Shown one piece after another: positions 30,375 through 40,886 of a stretch of 64,000 bases of DNA. Location: assembly GCA_965116875.1 (NCBI GenBank), contig OZ220733.1, forward strand, positions 3,232,001 to 3,296,000, read 5' to 3'. Below the pieces are notes generated by a model, which made no database searches, was not told the DNA's origin, and saw only the letters and a program-made list of their open reading frames with translations. The stretch comes from Candidatus Latescibacterota bacterium (GTDB lineage: Bacteria; Latescibacterota; UBA2968; GCA-2709665). Positions within the stretch are counted from its first letter, which is position 1, and every line of letters starts with the position of its first letter. The position numbers and the translations under genes were made by a program.

Positions 30375-31646
30375 TTATCTCTGTCGAATATGGCGTTTTC
30401 GCAGCGTCAGGAATTCCGGGGCTTCCCGAATACAGGAGACAAGGATGCGGAGGGAACGCCGGAATGCATTAAATCCGGTCCGACGGATCTCGGCGGCGGC
30501 ATCGCCCACGTTGGCAAAGCCGTCTTCCGTTGGGACGAGTCGTTCCCAGTTCCGGAAGAGCCTGCCCCAGTCGCTTTCCAGAACGTCCCGCATTCGTTTT
30601 CCGGCCAGAAACGGATACCAGAAGGTGTCGTGGTAGAGGACGCTGGCCAGGTAGGACCACGGCGCAAGGAATGTCTTGAGCGACCACTCCACGGGCTTCT
30701 TGAGCGGTCCCCAATAGATCTTGTGCTGCATCCGGGATGCAAACGTCATTTTGCGGAAGGGCCCCGCAAACTGCCAGTTTTCTTCGGCCGCGGCGGTATC
30801 TCCCAGAATCCGGATCCCTCGCGGGTCGCCGCAGCCCAGGCCCCTGTCGTGTGCGAGACGGATGTATTTGATCGAAAGCGGGTCCATCCCCATCATGCTG
30901 GCGGCGACCGCATCGATTGCGACCTGGTCCGCGCTGGCAAGGATGACGTTTTTGGTATAGGGTATCATGCATCGGGGTCCGGGCCCGTCCCCGGCGAACG
31001 TGCCGTCCATCACCGCGAATACGCCGGGATGGATTTTCTTCTGGATCATCAGCAGGTCCACGAGGGTCTCGTGAATAACCGGATGGGTCCAGTGTCGGCG
31101 TTCGTTCAGGAGGCCGCCGAAGGCGTTTTTCATGGCGCCGGTTGTGGTGGTAAAGACGTGGGTCTTTACGGTGGGCAGGTGGACGATGTTCTCACCGATC
31201 AGACGCCGGGGAATGTGGAATCCGTCGGGGTAGACCTGGTTCAGGCACATGAAACCGTCTGCAAGATCTCCCACCGCGTCCCGTATGTGGATCCATTCTT
31301 CGCCTTCGTAGAGGTGGATATTCCGCAGGCCGTGGGCGTTCACAACGTGGACCTGCTTGTTTTCCCGTTCGCCCAGCCGGGCGTCGATGACCACCGTCCG
31401 GTTGTGGCAGGCGTGTATGAGGTCCTTGCGATAGCCGTCCCTTTCCATGGCGCGGATCACGCCTTCAAGCTGCCAGGGGGTCGTGGAACTGCCCGGGTAG
31501 AAAAAATGCCATGAAATATTGACTTTCAGGGCGGTGTCGAGCTTTCTGTCCAGGACGTCCTGGTACCCCGCCAGGTTCAGGAGCCTGTGGTAGTCCTTCA
31601 AGACTGTTTCAGGTCTGGTTTTCAGAACGGCGACCCGGCTCTGCAT
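30375..31646 (-). CDS. DUF362 domain protein
   Basis: LKVN, LPTVKTH, TGAMKN, AVMDG and ASADQVAIDAV. Confidence 0.8.
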   Translation of the reverse strand: MQSRVAVLKTRPETVLKDYHRLLNLAGYQDVLDRKLDTALKVNISWHFFYPGSSTTPWQLEGVIRAMERDGYRKDLIHACHNRTVVIDARLGERENKQVHVVNAHGLRNIHLYEGEEWIHIRDAVGDLADGFMCLNQVYPDGFHIPRRLIGENIVHLPTVKTHVFTTTTGAMKNAFGGLLNERRHWTHPVIHETLVDLLMIQKKIHPGVFAVMDGTFAGDGPGPRCMIPYTKNVILASADQVAIDAVAASMMGMDPLSIKYIRLAHDRGLGCGDPRGIRILGDTAAAEENWQFAGPFRKMTFASRMQHKIYWGPLKKPVEWSLKTFLAPWSYLASVLYHDTFWYPFLAGKRMRDVLESDWGRLFRNWERLVPTEDGFANVGDAAAEIRRTGFNAFRRSLRILVSCIREAPEFLTLRKRHIRQR

Positions 31647-31792
31647 AACAGGCGCTTTCGTGCGGTTTGGGAATCGGGATCTCTCCCCCCGGACCCTCGG
31701 AAGCGGGTAGACGGGAGACGGTAGAGGAACTCACCCCGCCCCACCACCTGGTGAGAAGGAAGACGGGAGAGGGGAGGAGAAAAAGCCAAAAA

Positions 31793-31922
31793 GCGGGGAG
31801 ACGGGAGAGGGTAGACGGAAGAAGGGATCTTTGCCAATTCGTTTTCCCTCAATGCCTCCGGCGAAAAATTGAAATCCAGCGAGGCGGGTCATCTCTAACC
31901 TCTTACGTCTACCGTCTACCCG
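31793..31922 (-). mobile_element. Heptamer-flanked element, diverged reverse-oriented copy
   Basis: The reverse complement contains AGAGATGACCCGCCTCG...GCCGGAGGCA...GGCAAAGAT...CCGTCTACCCTCTCCCGTCTCCCCGC. Extra GGGAGAC heptamers extend from ~31705. Confidence 0.7.
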
Positions 31923-32019
31923 ATTTTTTCACCTCTCCCGTCTCCCCGCATTCAGGCTCTTTGTGATCAATTTGACTGTGGTTTTTTTCGAATTGAAGCT
32001 TAAGGCAGAAGGGTCCGGG

Positions 32020-32889
32020 TTACTTGAAGTAGAGCAGGGAGAAAACGGCAAGAAACCAGAGGCCGCCGTTGATCAGCAGCGATGGATCGCCCAGAATGGT
32101 TGAGGATGGATTGCCGCCCTGGTTCCTGGCATAGACAAGATAGAGATAGCGCAGAAGCCCGTAGATCACGAAGGGGATGGTAAGATTGAGATGCGGCGTT
32201 CCGAGTTTCTGTGCGACGTCGGGCGACATGGTGTAGAGCGCGTAGGAAACGAGGGCGCCCGCGGTGACGACGGCGATCATCTGATCCAGGAACCGCGGCG
32301 TGTATTCATCCAGAATGCGGCGATGTTCTCCCGCCCCGGATTCCAGGAGGATCAGTTCCTGCCGGCGTTTGACGAAACCCATAAACAGCGCCAGCAACAC
32401 GGTGCACAGGATGAGCCAGGAAGAGATTTCCACGTTGATGACCAGCGCGCCCGCGATGGCCCGCAACAGATATCCGGAAGCGACGATCATCACGTCCAGG
32501 ATGACGACGTGTTTCAAGTAGAGAGAATAGGCGACGTTCATCAGCCCGTAGGCCAGCAGAACCCAGCCGAAGGAGATACTCAGCAGAAAAGCCGGCGGAA
32601 GGGCCAGGAGGGCGATTACGATGGCGGCGGTCGACGCTGCGCCGAGGCTCAGCAGGCCCGATGCAATGGGCCGGTTGCGCTTCTCGGGGTGACGGCGATC
32701 GAATTCGACGTCTCGAATGTCGTTCAGAAGGTAGACCGCGCTCGACATGAGGCAGAAGAGGACGAATGCGGCGCCGCTTCGAAACAGATAGCGCCCATCG
32801 AGCAGGTGGGCCGAAAAGACCAGCGGGGCGAGTACGAACACGCTCTTTATCCACTGGTTCGGCCGCAGGGATCGAATGAGAGGAGGCAT
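32020..32889 (-). CDS. UbiA-family polyprenyl-phosphate phosphoribosyltransferase-like protein
   Basis: LRPNQWIK, YLLNDIRDVEFDRRHPEKRNRPIASG and KRRQE. Confidence 0.9.
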   Translation of the reverse strand: MPPLIRSLRPNQWIKSVFVLAPLVFSAHLLDGRYLFRSGAAFVLFCLMSSAVYLLNDIRDVEFDRRHPEKRNRPIASGLLSLGAASTAAIVIALLALPPAFLLSISFGWVLLAYGLMNVAYSLYLKHVVILDVMIVASGYLLRAIAGALVINVEISSWLILCTVLLALFMGFVKRRQELILLESGAGEHRRILDEYTPRFLDQMIAVVTAGALVSYALYTMSPDVAQKLGTPHLNLTIPFVIYGLLRYLYLVYARNQGGNPSSTILGDPSLLINGGLWFLAVFSLLYFK

Positions 32890-32890
32890 A

Positions 32891-33215
32891 GAAAAGGCGA
32901 GAATACGAGAATACGAGAATACGAAAAGGCGAGACTGCGAAAAGGCGAAAGGCGAGAATACGAGACTACGAGAATACGAATAGACGAAAGGCGAAAAACA
33001 AAACTACGAATGACGCGAATTACACGAATAAACGAACGACGAAACTGCGAAGAGACGAGAATACGAAAAGACGAGAATACGAAAAGACGAGACTACGAAA
33101 AGACGAAGGCGAAAAACGAAACTGCGAGAATACGAGAATACGAAAAGGCGAAACTACGAAAGGCGAAACTACGAATAACGCAAATGCCGTGCAAAAACGA
33201 AAGACGAAGAGACGA
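32891..33215. repeat. Degenerate octamer array (NNNNNCGA)n, roughly 40 units
   Basis: Units GAATACGA, AAAGGCGA, GACTACGA, AAAGACGA and AACTACGA. Strongly A-rich on the + strand. Confidence 0.9.
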
Positions 33216-33313
33216 TAAATTCATGCCTGAAATCAATTTCTCGGGAAACGGCGCGAAAACGGGGATCGAGTCTGCAGCAGATCGATCCCCGATCAAAACC
33301 CGGGCGACGTTCG

Positions 33314-36300
33314 TCAGATGGTCAGGCCGAAGTAGATCCGGTTCTTGTCAATATCGCGGCCCTGAATGGTATCGCGGGTGGGAAAGGCGATCTGGAAATA
33401 ACCATACAGGGGAATTCGGTAATGCGTGAACATCTGCATGCGGAGCTCGAAGCCCCAGTCGGTCAGGAACGCGGAGCGATTGAACCGGTCTTCTGAATCG
33501 AGCCATGCGCGGAGGCTTTCAAAATTCCCGGTGGCGCCGGTTTCCACGAAAAGAGTCCCGTAGATCTTGTCGAAGTGGAAGGGCGGCAGTTCTTTGGCCG
33601 CATGCCTGAATATCGGAAAGGTCAGACTTGCTCTCGCGAGCAGGGCTTTGCCGCCGGACGTGGAGAAGTACGGATACCCTCTGAGCGTGCCGAGTCCGCC
33701 CAGGTAGTACCTCAGGGGATAGTAGAACACGCCCTCGGCGGCGGAGGTGTTCTCCTGGACGTCCTTGATGGGCTTGTCCTTGTAGGCGAGAAATCCCTGC
33801 AGGGCCAGCGTGGCTCTTCCGGGCAGGCCGATGAATTCATTCCAGGAAAAGATGTACTCGTTGATACCCAGCTTGGTCGGGTCCGACATGTACGTCGGAG
33901 CGGCAACGCCGTCCTGATTCAGCTGGGACCTGAAAAGCGAGTCGGTGACGGAGGCGTTGATCCGCCGGTACCTTAAGGTGATCGCCCTTCCCCTGGACGG
34001 GTTCACGAACATATCCTTCGCGGGCAGGAAATTGAAGTATCGCCAGCCGACCGTTACATCGTTGCTCTTGAAAAAGCTGAGGTCTCGATACAGGAAGTCG
34101 TCGAAAACGACCTCGTCTTCGCCCAGGCCCGGAACCTGGTCGGTTATGTCTGTAATGACGCCGTCTCTGTTCTGGACCAGTCTCGTGCTGTCCAGTATGA
34201 CCTGTTTCGTTTGGGTGCTCTCCCTGTACCGCCTGTGGCCCCAGGACATTGAAAGCACCTGACGCCTGCCGATGCTGGCTTCGATGCCAACCACAAAATC
34301 GCTGAAGAGGTTCTTGTACTTGTCTTCCTGTGTGAGCGAGAGGTTGGTGAAACTGGTAACGCCGGGTACCAGCCGGAGGGTGTCGTCGATCACGATCTGC
34401 AACGTGCCCGACGTGGTATCCCGGCGGGCATCCACAATCCCTCGATCGATCTGGCTGTTGATGGTCTGTTGGCTGGCGCCAATGAAGAACCTGGGAGCGT
34501 ACGTCCGGTCTTCGGTGTGAACCGCCGGCAGGCCCTTCGTGTAGAACGCGGAAAAATTCGAGTTCAGATCCACGCCCTTTTTCAGGTTTTTTCCAATGGT
34601 AAAGCCGGCGTAGATGTTGTCGCTCCCCAGGAGGTCACCCCAGGTGGCTTCGGCGCCCGCGCTCAGCTGATCCAGACCGAACCGGTTGCCGATAAAGGTC
34701 GGTCCCAGCACCAGGATGGGCACGACGCCGATGGATGCCAGCCGCGGGGCGTACCGGCCGGTATTGAACAGGTCGCCGATTTTCTTGCCCTTGTAGATGC
34801 TGCTGTAGTCCCGTACCAGGGTATCGGCCGTCGCGGCCGCCGCGGCCCCGGACTTCCGGATGCGGTATATGTTGTAATTCGCGGCGTGGTAGCCCGAGTA
34901 GAGGACTTCGTCGCCATCGGGCGAGACCGAGGGCGAAAAGGCGCCTCCGATGACGTTGGTGAGCTGTTCCTGCCTTCCAGTCGAAAGGTCGAGGGCATAG
35001 ATGTTGAAGATTCCGGTCCGATCGGAGGCGTATACGATACCGCCGCCGCCGGGCAGCCATACCGCGTCGCGTTCATCGGCCTTTGTATTGATGACGACTT
35101 CGAAGCCCGCATTGTTGGCATAGGCCAGGCTGTCGGGGAACGCGACCATGCTGTCGCGACGCGCGGCTTCCGCCAGCGCGAGGCTGTCGGCCTGCGCCTG
35201 GGCGCTGTCCACTTCTGTTTCGGTTTTCTTTCTTTCGGCGATCCGTTCGGCCAATTCTTCCTTCCCGGTCTTCTTCACGTCGGTCTTTTTCGGCCTGGGC
35301 GTGGCATCCGCGTTGATTACGGCAATGTCCCGGTCTTCCCCTCGAAAGATGCTGAACAGCAGCCTGCTGCCGTCCTCCGTCCAACGGGGCGTGTAATATT
35401 GCGTCCCATTGTTGTTGTTGGTCAGATAGCGGATGTCCGTGCCGTCGATGTTCACGATGCCGAGGTTGGATGTCCCGTCCCGATTTCCCACGAACGCGAT
35501 TTCCGTGCCGTCGGGAGACACGGCGGGGTCTCTTCCTCTCAGGCCGACGGTGAGCCGGCGTTCCTTGCGCGTGGGGAGATCGTAGATGAAGATGTCCCAG
35601 TTGCCCCCGACGGATTTGCTGTATACCAGGTTGTTGCCGTCGGGTGTCCAGGAGAAGGGCAGATTGACGTATTTCCCGTACTTCCGGCTTCTGGCCACCT
35701 TTGTCAGCTTTCGCGTGGTCAGATCCATCACGAGCATTTCCATGATCGCGTAGTCGCTTCCCTCGTTGCTGATGAACGCCATCTTCGTGCCGTCGGGCGA
35801 GTAGGTGGGGAAGTGCTCCACGTCGCCGCGGTCGGAGAGCAGTTCACCCTCCCGCTCTCCTGAAGCCCGGATGGAGTCCGCAAGGGCGCCGTATTTGCGG
35901 TCGAGATACGCGGTCCATTCGTTATAGAGACCGGGCGCCGAGATTCCCGTGCCTTTCTTGACGGCGGACTTGAAGTTGACGATCGGCCTGTCCCGGGACA
36001 TGGCGCGCACCGAGTCCGGACCGTAGGTGCCGGCCAGGTATTTCAGAAACGCATAGCCCTGGTTGTAGACCTGTTCCGACTTGAAACCGTCCTTGCCGAA
36101 GACGTTCATGTCCGTATAGGAAAGCAGGTCGTCTTCGAGCGAGGCCATCCGCAGGATCATGTCCCGGTGGGTGTCCCAAAGGTCACCCCCGTACTCTTCA
36201 GCTTCGAATTGGGCGATCCCTTCGGCGTACCAGTTCGGCATCGCGGAGTGGTAGATCGGCAGAAAGAAGCCGAAGTCCGGATTCTGGTTGGATCGGCTGC

Positions 36301-36880
36301 TGCCGAGAAGGCCGAATGCAAACGGCATGCTGTTGTGGGAGGCTTTGAGCGTGATGTGATGGGTGAGCTCGTGGGTAAAGACGTCGCGCACCCAGTCGTG
36401 TGTGCCTCGCGAGTCCCAGTTGAGGGGCGTGGACCCGAACGAGATGAGATTTCCAAGGTAGAACGACGAGGCGTTGCCCAGTATGTCGATGTCGGAAACG
36501 ACCACGTGAACCGGGGCGTAGCGTTCGATGGAACCCGGATAGTGGCGGGAGATCTTCTCGAAGGTGTCGTCCGCGATTTCCGCGATGCGGCGCGCCGTAT
36601 TCTCCGCTTCCGCGTAATAGATGGCGAAGTACTTCGTGCGGATCGCCCGTGCGCCCGGGACGTGAAGGCCGAGAAGGGACGGGAAGAAGTGACGTTCGTG
36701 CCGCTCCCAGGCGTAATCGGGCATGGTGCGGTTCAACGGCACGTCGGCGATGTCCACGGTGGGGCCGTGTTTATACTTTCTGGGGACCTGCTGGGCGTTG
36801 GATGGGAACGGTGCGCTGGACGAAATGGCGATCAATACAGCGCTGCAAAGGCCGATGGACAGGTTCGTTGATCGGTTCAC
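33314..36880 (-). CDS. Secreted/outer-membrane protein: HEXXH metallopeptidase-like domain + PD40/TolB beta-propeller + C-terminal Omp85/BamA-like barrel
   Basis: Signal peptide from the GTG at 36880 (GGAG RBS), HELTH...WYAEGIAQ, repeated SPDG, LGGLGTLRGY, and C-terminal IYFGLTI. The ORF-track extension runs through a MITE. Confidence 0.75.
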   Translation of the reverse strand: MNRSTNLSIGLCSAVLIAISSSAPFPSNAQQVPRKYKHGPTVDIADVPLNRTMPDYAWERHERHFFPSLLGLHVPGARAIRTKYFAIYYAEAENTARRIAEIADDTFEKISRHYPGSIERYAPVHVVVSDIDILGNASSFYLGNLISFGSTPLNWDSRGTHDWVRDVFTHELTHHITLKASHNSMPFAFGLLGSSRSNQNPDFGFFLPIYHSAMPNWYAEGIAQFEAEEYGGDLWDTHRDMILRMASLEDDLLSYTDMNVFGKDGFKSEQVYNQGYAFLKYLAGTYGPDSVRAMSRDRPIVNFKSAVKKGTGISAPGLYNEWTAYLDRKYGALADSIRASGEREGELLSDRGDVEHFPTYSPDGTKMAFISNEGSDYAIMEMLVMDLTTRKLTKVARSRKYGKYVNLPFSWTPDGNNLVYSKSVGGNWDIFIYDLPTRKERRLTVGLRGRDPAVSPDGTEIAFVGNRDGTSNLGIVNIDGTDIRYLTNNNNGTQYYTPRWTEDGSRLLFSIFRGEDRDIAVINADATPRPKKTDVKKTGKEELAERIAERKKTETEVDSAQAQADSLALAEAARRDSMVAFPDSLAYANNAGFEVVINTKADERDAVWLPGGGGIVYASDRTGIFNIYALDLSTGRQEQLTNVIGGAFSPSVSPDGDEVLYSGYHAANYNIYRIRKSGAAAAATADTLVRDYSSIYKGKKIGDLFNTGRYAPRLASIGVVPILVLGPTFIGNRFGLDQLSAGAEATWGDLLGSDNIYAGFTIGKNLKKGVDLNSNFSAFYTKGLPAVHTEDRTYAPRFFIGASQQTINSQIDRGIVDARRDTTSGTLQIVIDDTLRLVPGVTSFTNLSLTQEDKYKNLFSDFVVGIEASIGRRQVLSMSWGHRRYRESTQTKQVILDSTRLVQNRDGVITDITDQVPGLGEDEVVFDDFLYRDLSFFKSNDVTVGWRYFNFLPAKDMFVNPSRGRAITLRYRRINASVTDSLFRSQLNQDGVAAPTYMSDPTKLGINEYIFSWNEFIGLPGRATLALQGFLAYKDKPIKDVQENTSAAEGVFYYPLRYYLGGLGTLRGYPYFSTSGGKALLARASLTFPIFRHAAKELPPFHFDKIYGTLFVETGATGNFESLRAWLDSEDRFNRSAFLTDWGFELRMQMFTHYRIPLYGYFQIAFPTRDTIQGRDIDKNRIYFGLTI

Positions 36881-36900
36881 GTGCTTCTCCTGGACTACAG

Positions 36901-37060
36901 CAGCCCGTTGAAAAAGTCCATCCGGTCTACGGCCGGCCCTTGCGGTCGAAATACTGCGTTGCGCTCCCTCGCCGAATCGCAGGATGGGACTCGGTCGCGC
37001 GTCTTGTCTTCGGCCACAATGGCTCGGCCTCGCCTGCAGAGCGACTTTATCAACGGACTG
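36901..37060. mobile_element. 160-bp MITE with a 4-bp ACAG target duplication
   Basis: ACAG|CAGCCCGTTGAAAAAGTC...GACTTTATCAACGGACTG|ACAG. Confidence 0.88.
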
Positions 37061-37203
37061 ACAGGGGGTTGGAATGGGCGGCCGCCGGGAGCCTTCAGGA
37101 CGCGCCCTGACACAGGTCCGCAGTCCGGTCTGGCTCGCTTCCGCCGCGGTTCGGCTATAAAAGTATACAATTAGACTTGCGAAGACAACGAACAGTTCCA
37201 ATT

Positions 37204-38193
37204 TCAGGCCGTCGAGAGGTGCTGCCCGGTCCGGAGAATGCACGCGACGCTGTGGTTTCCGTCGATTTGGAGCAGTTCGGGCACGATCTTCGAACAGGCG
37301 TCTTCCCGTTCGGGGCAGCGTGGATGAAAGGGGCAGCCGGGCGGGACGTTGGCCGGGCTCGGGACGTCGCCCGTCAGTACCGTGCGTTGTTTCCTTACGC
37401 GCGGGTCCGGCTCGGGAACGGCCGAAAGCAGGGCGCGGGTATAAGGATGCTGGGGATTGCTGCAGAGGGTGCTGCTTTCCGCGATCTCCACGATTCGTCC
37501 AAGGTACATCACCGCAATGCGGTTGGAGATGTGTTTGACAACGCTCAGGTCGTGCGCGACGAAGAGGAACGTAAGGCCGAACCGGCCCTGCAGGTCCTGA
37601 AGAAGATTGATGATCTGGGCTTGAATCGATACATCAAGGGCGGAAACGGGTTCGTCCGCGACGATGAAGTCGGGATTCACGGCCAGGGCCCTGGAGATAC
37701 CGATGCGCTGGCGCTGCCCCCCGCTGAACTCGTGGGGATACCTGCGGGCGTATTCCGGACGGAGGCCCACGGTTTCCAGGAGTTCGTCCACTCGTTTCCG
37801 CGTGTTGCTTCCGTCTGTAAGCTTGTGGATTTTCAGTGCTTCGGCCAGCATGCCCCCCACCGTCATACGCGGGTTCAGCGAACTGTATGGGTCCTGGAAT
37901 ATGATCTGCATGCGTCGTCTGACGGTCCTGAGCTCAGAGCGGTTCATACCGAAGACGTCGGTGCCGTTGAACAGCACGCGGCCCGCCGTGGCCTCGATCA
38001 GCCGCAGGATGCTCCTGCCCGCGGTCGTTTTCCCGCAACCGGATTCTCCCACCAGACCCAGGGTTTCTCCCCGTTGCATGGTAAATGAGACGCCGTCAAC
38101 GGCCTTGACGTAGCCGACGGTCCGGGAGAATACGCCGCGGGTGATTGGGAAGTATTTCTTAAGGCCCTGGACTTCGAGCAGTGGTCTGGACAT
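37204..38193 (-). CDS. oppF: Oligopeptide/dipeptide ABC transporter ATPase (OppF/DppF-like)
   Basis: [32 protein letters not shown] and GCPFHPRC. Confidence 0.92.
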   Translation of the reverse strand: MSRPLLEVQGLKKYFPITRGVFSRTVGYVKAVDGVSFTMQRGETLGLVGESGCGKTTAGRSILRLIEATAGRVLFNGTDVFGMNRSELRTVRRRMQIIFQDPYSSLNPRMTVGGMLAEALKIHKLTDGSNTRKRVDELLETVGLRPEYARRYPHEFSGGQRQRIGISRALAVNPDFIVADEPVSALDVSIQAQIINLLQDLQGRFGLTFLFVAHDLSVVKHISNRIAVMYLGRIVEIAESSTLCSNPQHPYTRALLSAVPEPDPRVRKQRTVLTGDVPSPANVPPGCPFHPRCPEREDACSKIVPELLQIDGNHSVACILRTGQHLSTA

Positions 38194-38194
38194 A

Positions 38195-39193
38195 TCAATC
38201 CGATCGCATCGCGGGAGACGGATAATCTTCGGCCATCCAGCAGGCAACGAAGCGGCGGCCCGAGGTCGGCTCGAGGCGCGGCTCGTCCAATTCACACACG
38301 TCCTCCGCCAATGAACACCGGGGGGCGAATCGGCATCCCGCCGGAAAACGGGTCGCATCGGGCACGGTTCCCGGAATGACGGACAGCCGGCTCTTCTCTT
38401 CATTGAGCGTGGGAATGGACTCGAGCAGTCCTTTCGTGTAGGGGTGCCGGGGGCTGGCGAAAATCTCGTCCACCGTTCCGGTTTCCACGATCTTCCCGGC
38501 ATACATGACCGCCACGCGATCCGCGACCTCCGCAATGACGCCCAGATCGTGGGTAATCATCAGGACGGCCATTCCCAATTCTCTTTGAAGCCGGTCCAGA
38601 AGCTCCAGAATCTGGGCCTGTATGGTTACGTCCAGCGCCGTGGTCGGTTCGTCGGCAATGAGGAGTTCAGGATTGCAGCACAGGGCCATTGCAATCATCA
38701 CCCGTTGGCGCATGCCCCCGGAAAGCTGGTGAGGATACTCGTTTGCGCGCTGTTCGGGGTCCGGAATGCCAACGAGATTCAGCATGTCCACCGTGACGGC
38801 CCGGGCGGCGTCCCTGCCGAGACCCTGGTGGAGCATTACGGCCTCGTCAATCTGGTCTCCGCAGGTGAATACAGGGTTGAGGCTGGTCATCGGCTCCTGG
38901 AAAATCATCGCGACGTCGTTGCCCCTCACACCCTGGAGATCGGCCTCGCCCAGACTCAGCAGATTGCGTCCGTTGAACCGGATCTCGCCCGAGACGATTT
39001 CCCCCGGCGGTTCAGGAACCAGGCGCATTACGGACAGAGACGTGACGCTCTTGCCGCAGCCGGACTCGCCCACCAGGCCCAGGGTTTCACCCTTCTTCAG
39101 GGTGAAAGAGACCCCGTCCACGGCCCTGGCGACACCGCCGTCCGTATGGAAGTATGTTTTCAGATCTCTGACAGTAAGGAGGGGTTCCGACAT
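38195..39193 (-). CDS. oppD: Oligopeptide/dipeptide ABC transporter ATPase (OppD/DppD-like)
   Basis: [26 protein letters not shown] and DEPTTALD. Confidence 0.92.
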   Translation of the reverse strand: MSEPLLTVRDLKTYFHTDGGVARAVDGVSFTLKKGETLGLVGESGCGKSVTSLSVMRLVPEPPGEIVSGEIRFNGRNLLSLGEADLQGVRGNDVAMIFQEPMTSLNPVFTCGDQIDEAVMLHQGLGRDAARAVTVDMLNLVGIPDPEQRANEYPHQLSGGMRQRVMIAMALCCNPELLIADEPTTALDVTIQAQILELLDRLQRELGMAVLMITHDLGVIAEVADRVAVMYAGKIVETGTVDEIFASPRHPYTKGLLESIPTLNEEKSRLSVIPGTVPDATRFPAGCRFAPRCSLAEDVCELDEPRLEPTSGRRFVACWMAEDYPSPAMRSD

Positions 39194-39302
39194 ATACCTG
39201 CCGTCTGTGAATAATGCGATCGTCCCGGATACCGTCCGAATCTGGCGCGTACCCGCGTGAGCAAGGCATGCCGCCGCCTGGCTGCCCGTCAGCCGCCGTG
39301 GA

Positions 39303-40046
39303 TCAGAACAGCGGCGGATTCAGATTGAGCCAGTCTTCCAGAAGGAAATCCACCCGTCCGATGAGCAGGGAGATGCGCGCCATGACGGTATAACCGAATG
39401 AAGCGCCGAACGAAACCATCAGGAAATAGATGCCAACCCTGGAAATTCCGCCCACAACCCCCTTGTGTTCGACGGAGAAATAAAAGTAAATGAGTACGCT
39501 CAACACGCCGATCAGGATGATCGCCGGATCCAGCACGGCCCATCCAAAGTCCGCCGACGCCTGTGAAAACGGGCGGATCGTGGGCCCGATCTGTTCGATG
39601 ATGAAGGAGGCCACGCGGCGGGGAATGGCCAGCCCGGCGCCGAGTCCCACGAAAAAGGCGAACGAAATGCGGCTGAGCCAGACCGCCTTGCCGACAAAGC
39701 GGGTCATCAGAAAGAGACCGAGCAACGCCGGGACGATGACCCACCAGTTGACGCCCGTGTCAGGATGCGGCCGGAAAAGGGGATTGACCACGTCCAAGAG
39801 GATGCTTTGGTACCAGACCAGAGCGAGTTCGTATGCGGCGACGACGCCCACGTAGAGATGCTCGGCCAGCTTGAAGAGCGGATTGTCCCTGTACAAAAAG
39901 CTGTACAGAGCCAGCGTGATCCCCGCGGCGAGGATGATGCCGAACCCCGACCAGCTTGCCTCCAGGCTGCCGGCGGCCAGGAGATAGACATTCACGGTCG
40001 CAAAAAGCAGAAGGAAGACCGGGAAGACGAGATATTCTCTTTGCAT
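39303..40046 (-). CDS. Uncharacterised multi-pass membrane protein (GlmL-associated cluster)
   Basis: About 7 hydrophobic segments, [20 protein letters not shown] and [16 protein letters not shown]. Confidence 0.8.
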   Translation of the reverse strand: MQREYLVFPVFLLLFATVNVYLLAAGSLEASWSGFGIILAAGITLALYSFLYRDNPLFKLAEHLYVGVVAAYELALVWYQSILLDVVNPLFRPHPDTGVNWWVIVPALLGLFLMTRFVGKAVWLSRISFAFFVGLGAGLAIPRRVASFIIEQIGPTIRPFSQASADFGWAVLDPAIILIGVLSVLIYFYFSVEHKGVVGGISRVGIYFLMVSFGASFGYTVMARISLLIGRVDFLLEDWLNLNPPLF

Positions 40047-40058
40047 ACTGATGTACCC

Positions 40059-40886
40059 TTACGACCCTGACGCGCTGCGGTGCAGGAAGTAGACCGCGTT
40101 GCCCAGCAGAATGAACCCGATGATGACGATATGTGCGACGGATTGCGGACGCATGCCGCTTACCGCGAGCCCTCTCTTGCCCACCAGCGCCTCGTATTCC
40201 GCGGCGCCCGCGAGCCCGCCGATGAGGCCGTTCAGCTGCCGCGACTGAAGGAACGGGAAGAAATCCGGTGCCATGACCGCGGTACAACCTGCGCCGAGGG
40301 CGAACCGGTAACGTTCCTGCCCGTACGCGATCCATTCGTCCACGCCGGGGTACCCGGCGGCCAGGTCGATCACGTAATCGAAATCCTTCAACGAGCGCAG
40401 ATTGCGGGTGAGAGGCATTTCGCCGGTGGCGACGCCCCGGATGTCTTCCGGAAACGCGGCGTGCAGGTCCTGACCCATGTTCAGGATCAGGATCGGGCCT
40501 CCTGCCTTGAAACCGAGGAACGCATAGTCCGTCCCGTTTTCCCGCCCGTATTCCGTCGCCGCCGTCTCGAACGCCTGCATGGCAAGTCCGACGGCTTCGG
40601 TAATGAGGGTCACGCCCACCACCCGGATGTTCCGGCTGAAGCAGTGGCGCAGAATGGCCAGGGCCATGGGCTGGAGTTCCGGCTGCGAACTGGGACCGTA
40701 GTCGAACGAGATGAGCACGACGGCATCCGGTTTTCCTGCCAGGCTTTCGACGGTGTCGTAGACCGCGCGGACGTTGGGTGTGGCCTTGATGGGCAGCTGG
40801 AACCCGATAAGCAGAGGAATACATACAGCCAGAAACACGGCGAGGTATACGATGCGGCGGTCGATGTTCAGCAGGCGCTCGATCAT
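40059..40886 (-). CDS. Uncharacterised membrane protein with a central soluble alpha/beta domain (GlmL-associated cluster)
   Basis: MIERLLNIDRRIVYL start overlaps the upstream stop (ATGA). N- and C-terminal TM segments, ELQPM and GLAGAAEYE. Confidence 0.8.
   Translation of the reverse strand: MIERLLNIDRRIVYLAVFLAVCIPLLIGFQLPIKATPNVRAVYDTVESLAGKPDAVVLISFDYGPSSQPELQPMALAILRHCFSRNIRVVGVTLITEAVGLAMQAFETAATEYGRENGTDYAFLGFKAGGPILILNMGQDLHAAFPEDIRGVATGEMPLTRNLRSLKDFDYVIDLAAGYPGVDEWIAYGQERYRFALGAGCTAVMAPDFFPFLQSRQLNGLIGGLAGAAEYEALVGKRGLAVSGMRPQSVAHIVIIGFILLGNAVYFLHRSASGS

Noticed and set aside
32891-33215. Possible CRISPR array, or the 412-aa ORF (32191..33429) spanning the repeat
   Set aside because: Units are about 8 bp with no spacers and no cas genes nearby. 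The ORF is antisense to ubiA plus translated low-complexity repeat.
36881-37243. 121-aa N-terminal extension of the large outer-membrane protein
   Set aside because: It runs through a MITE. The signal peptide and RBS point to the GTG at 36880.
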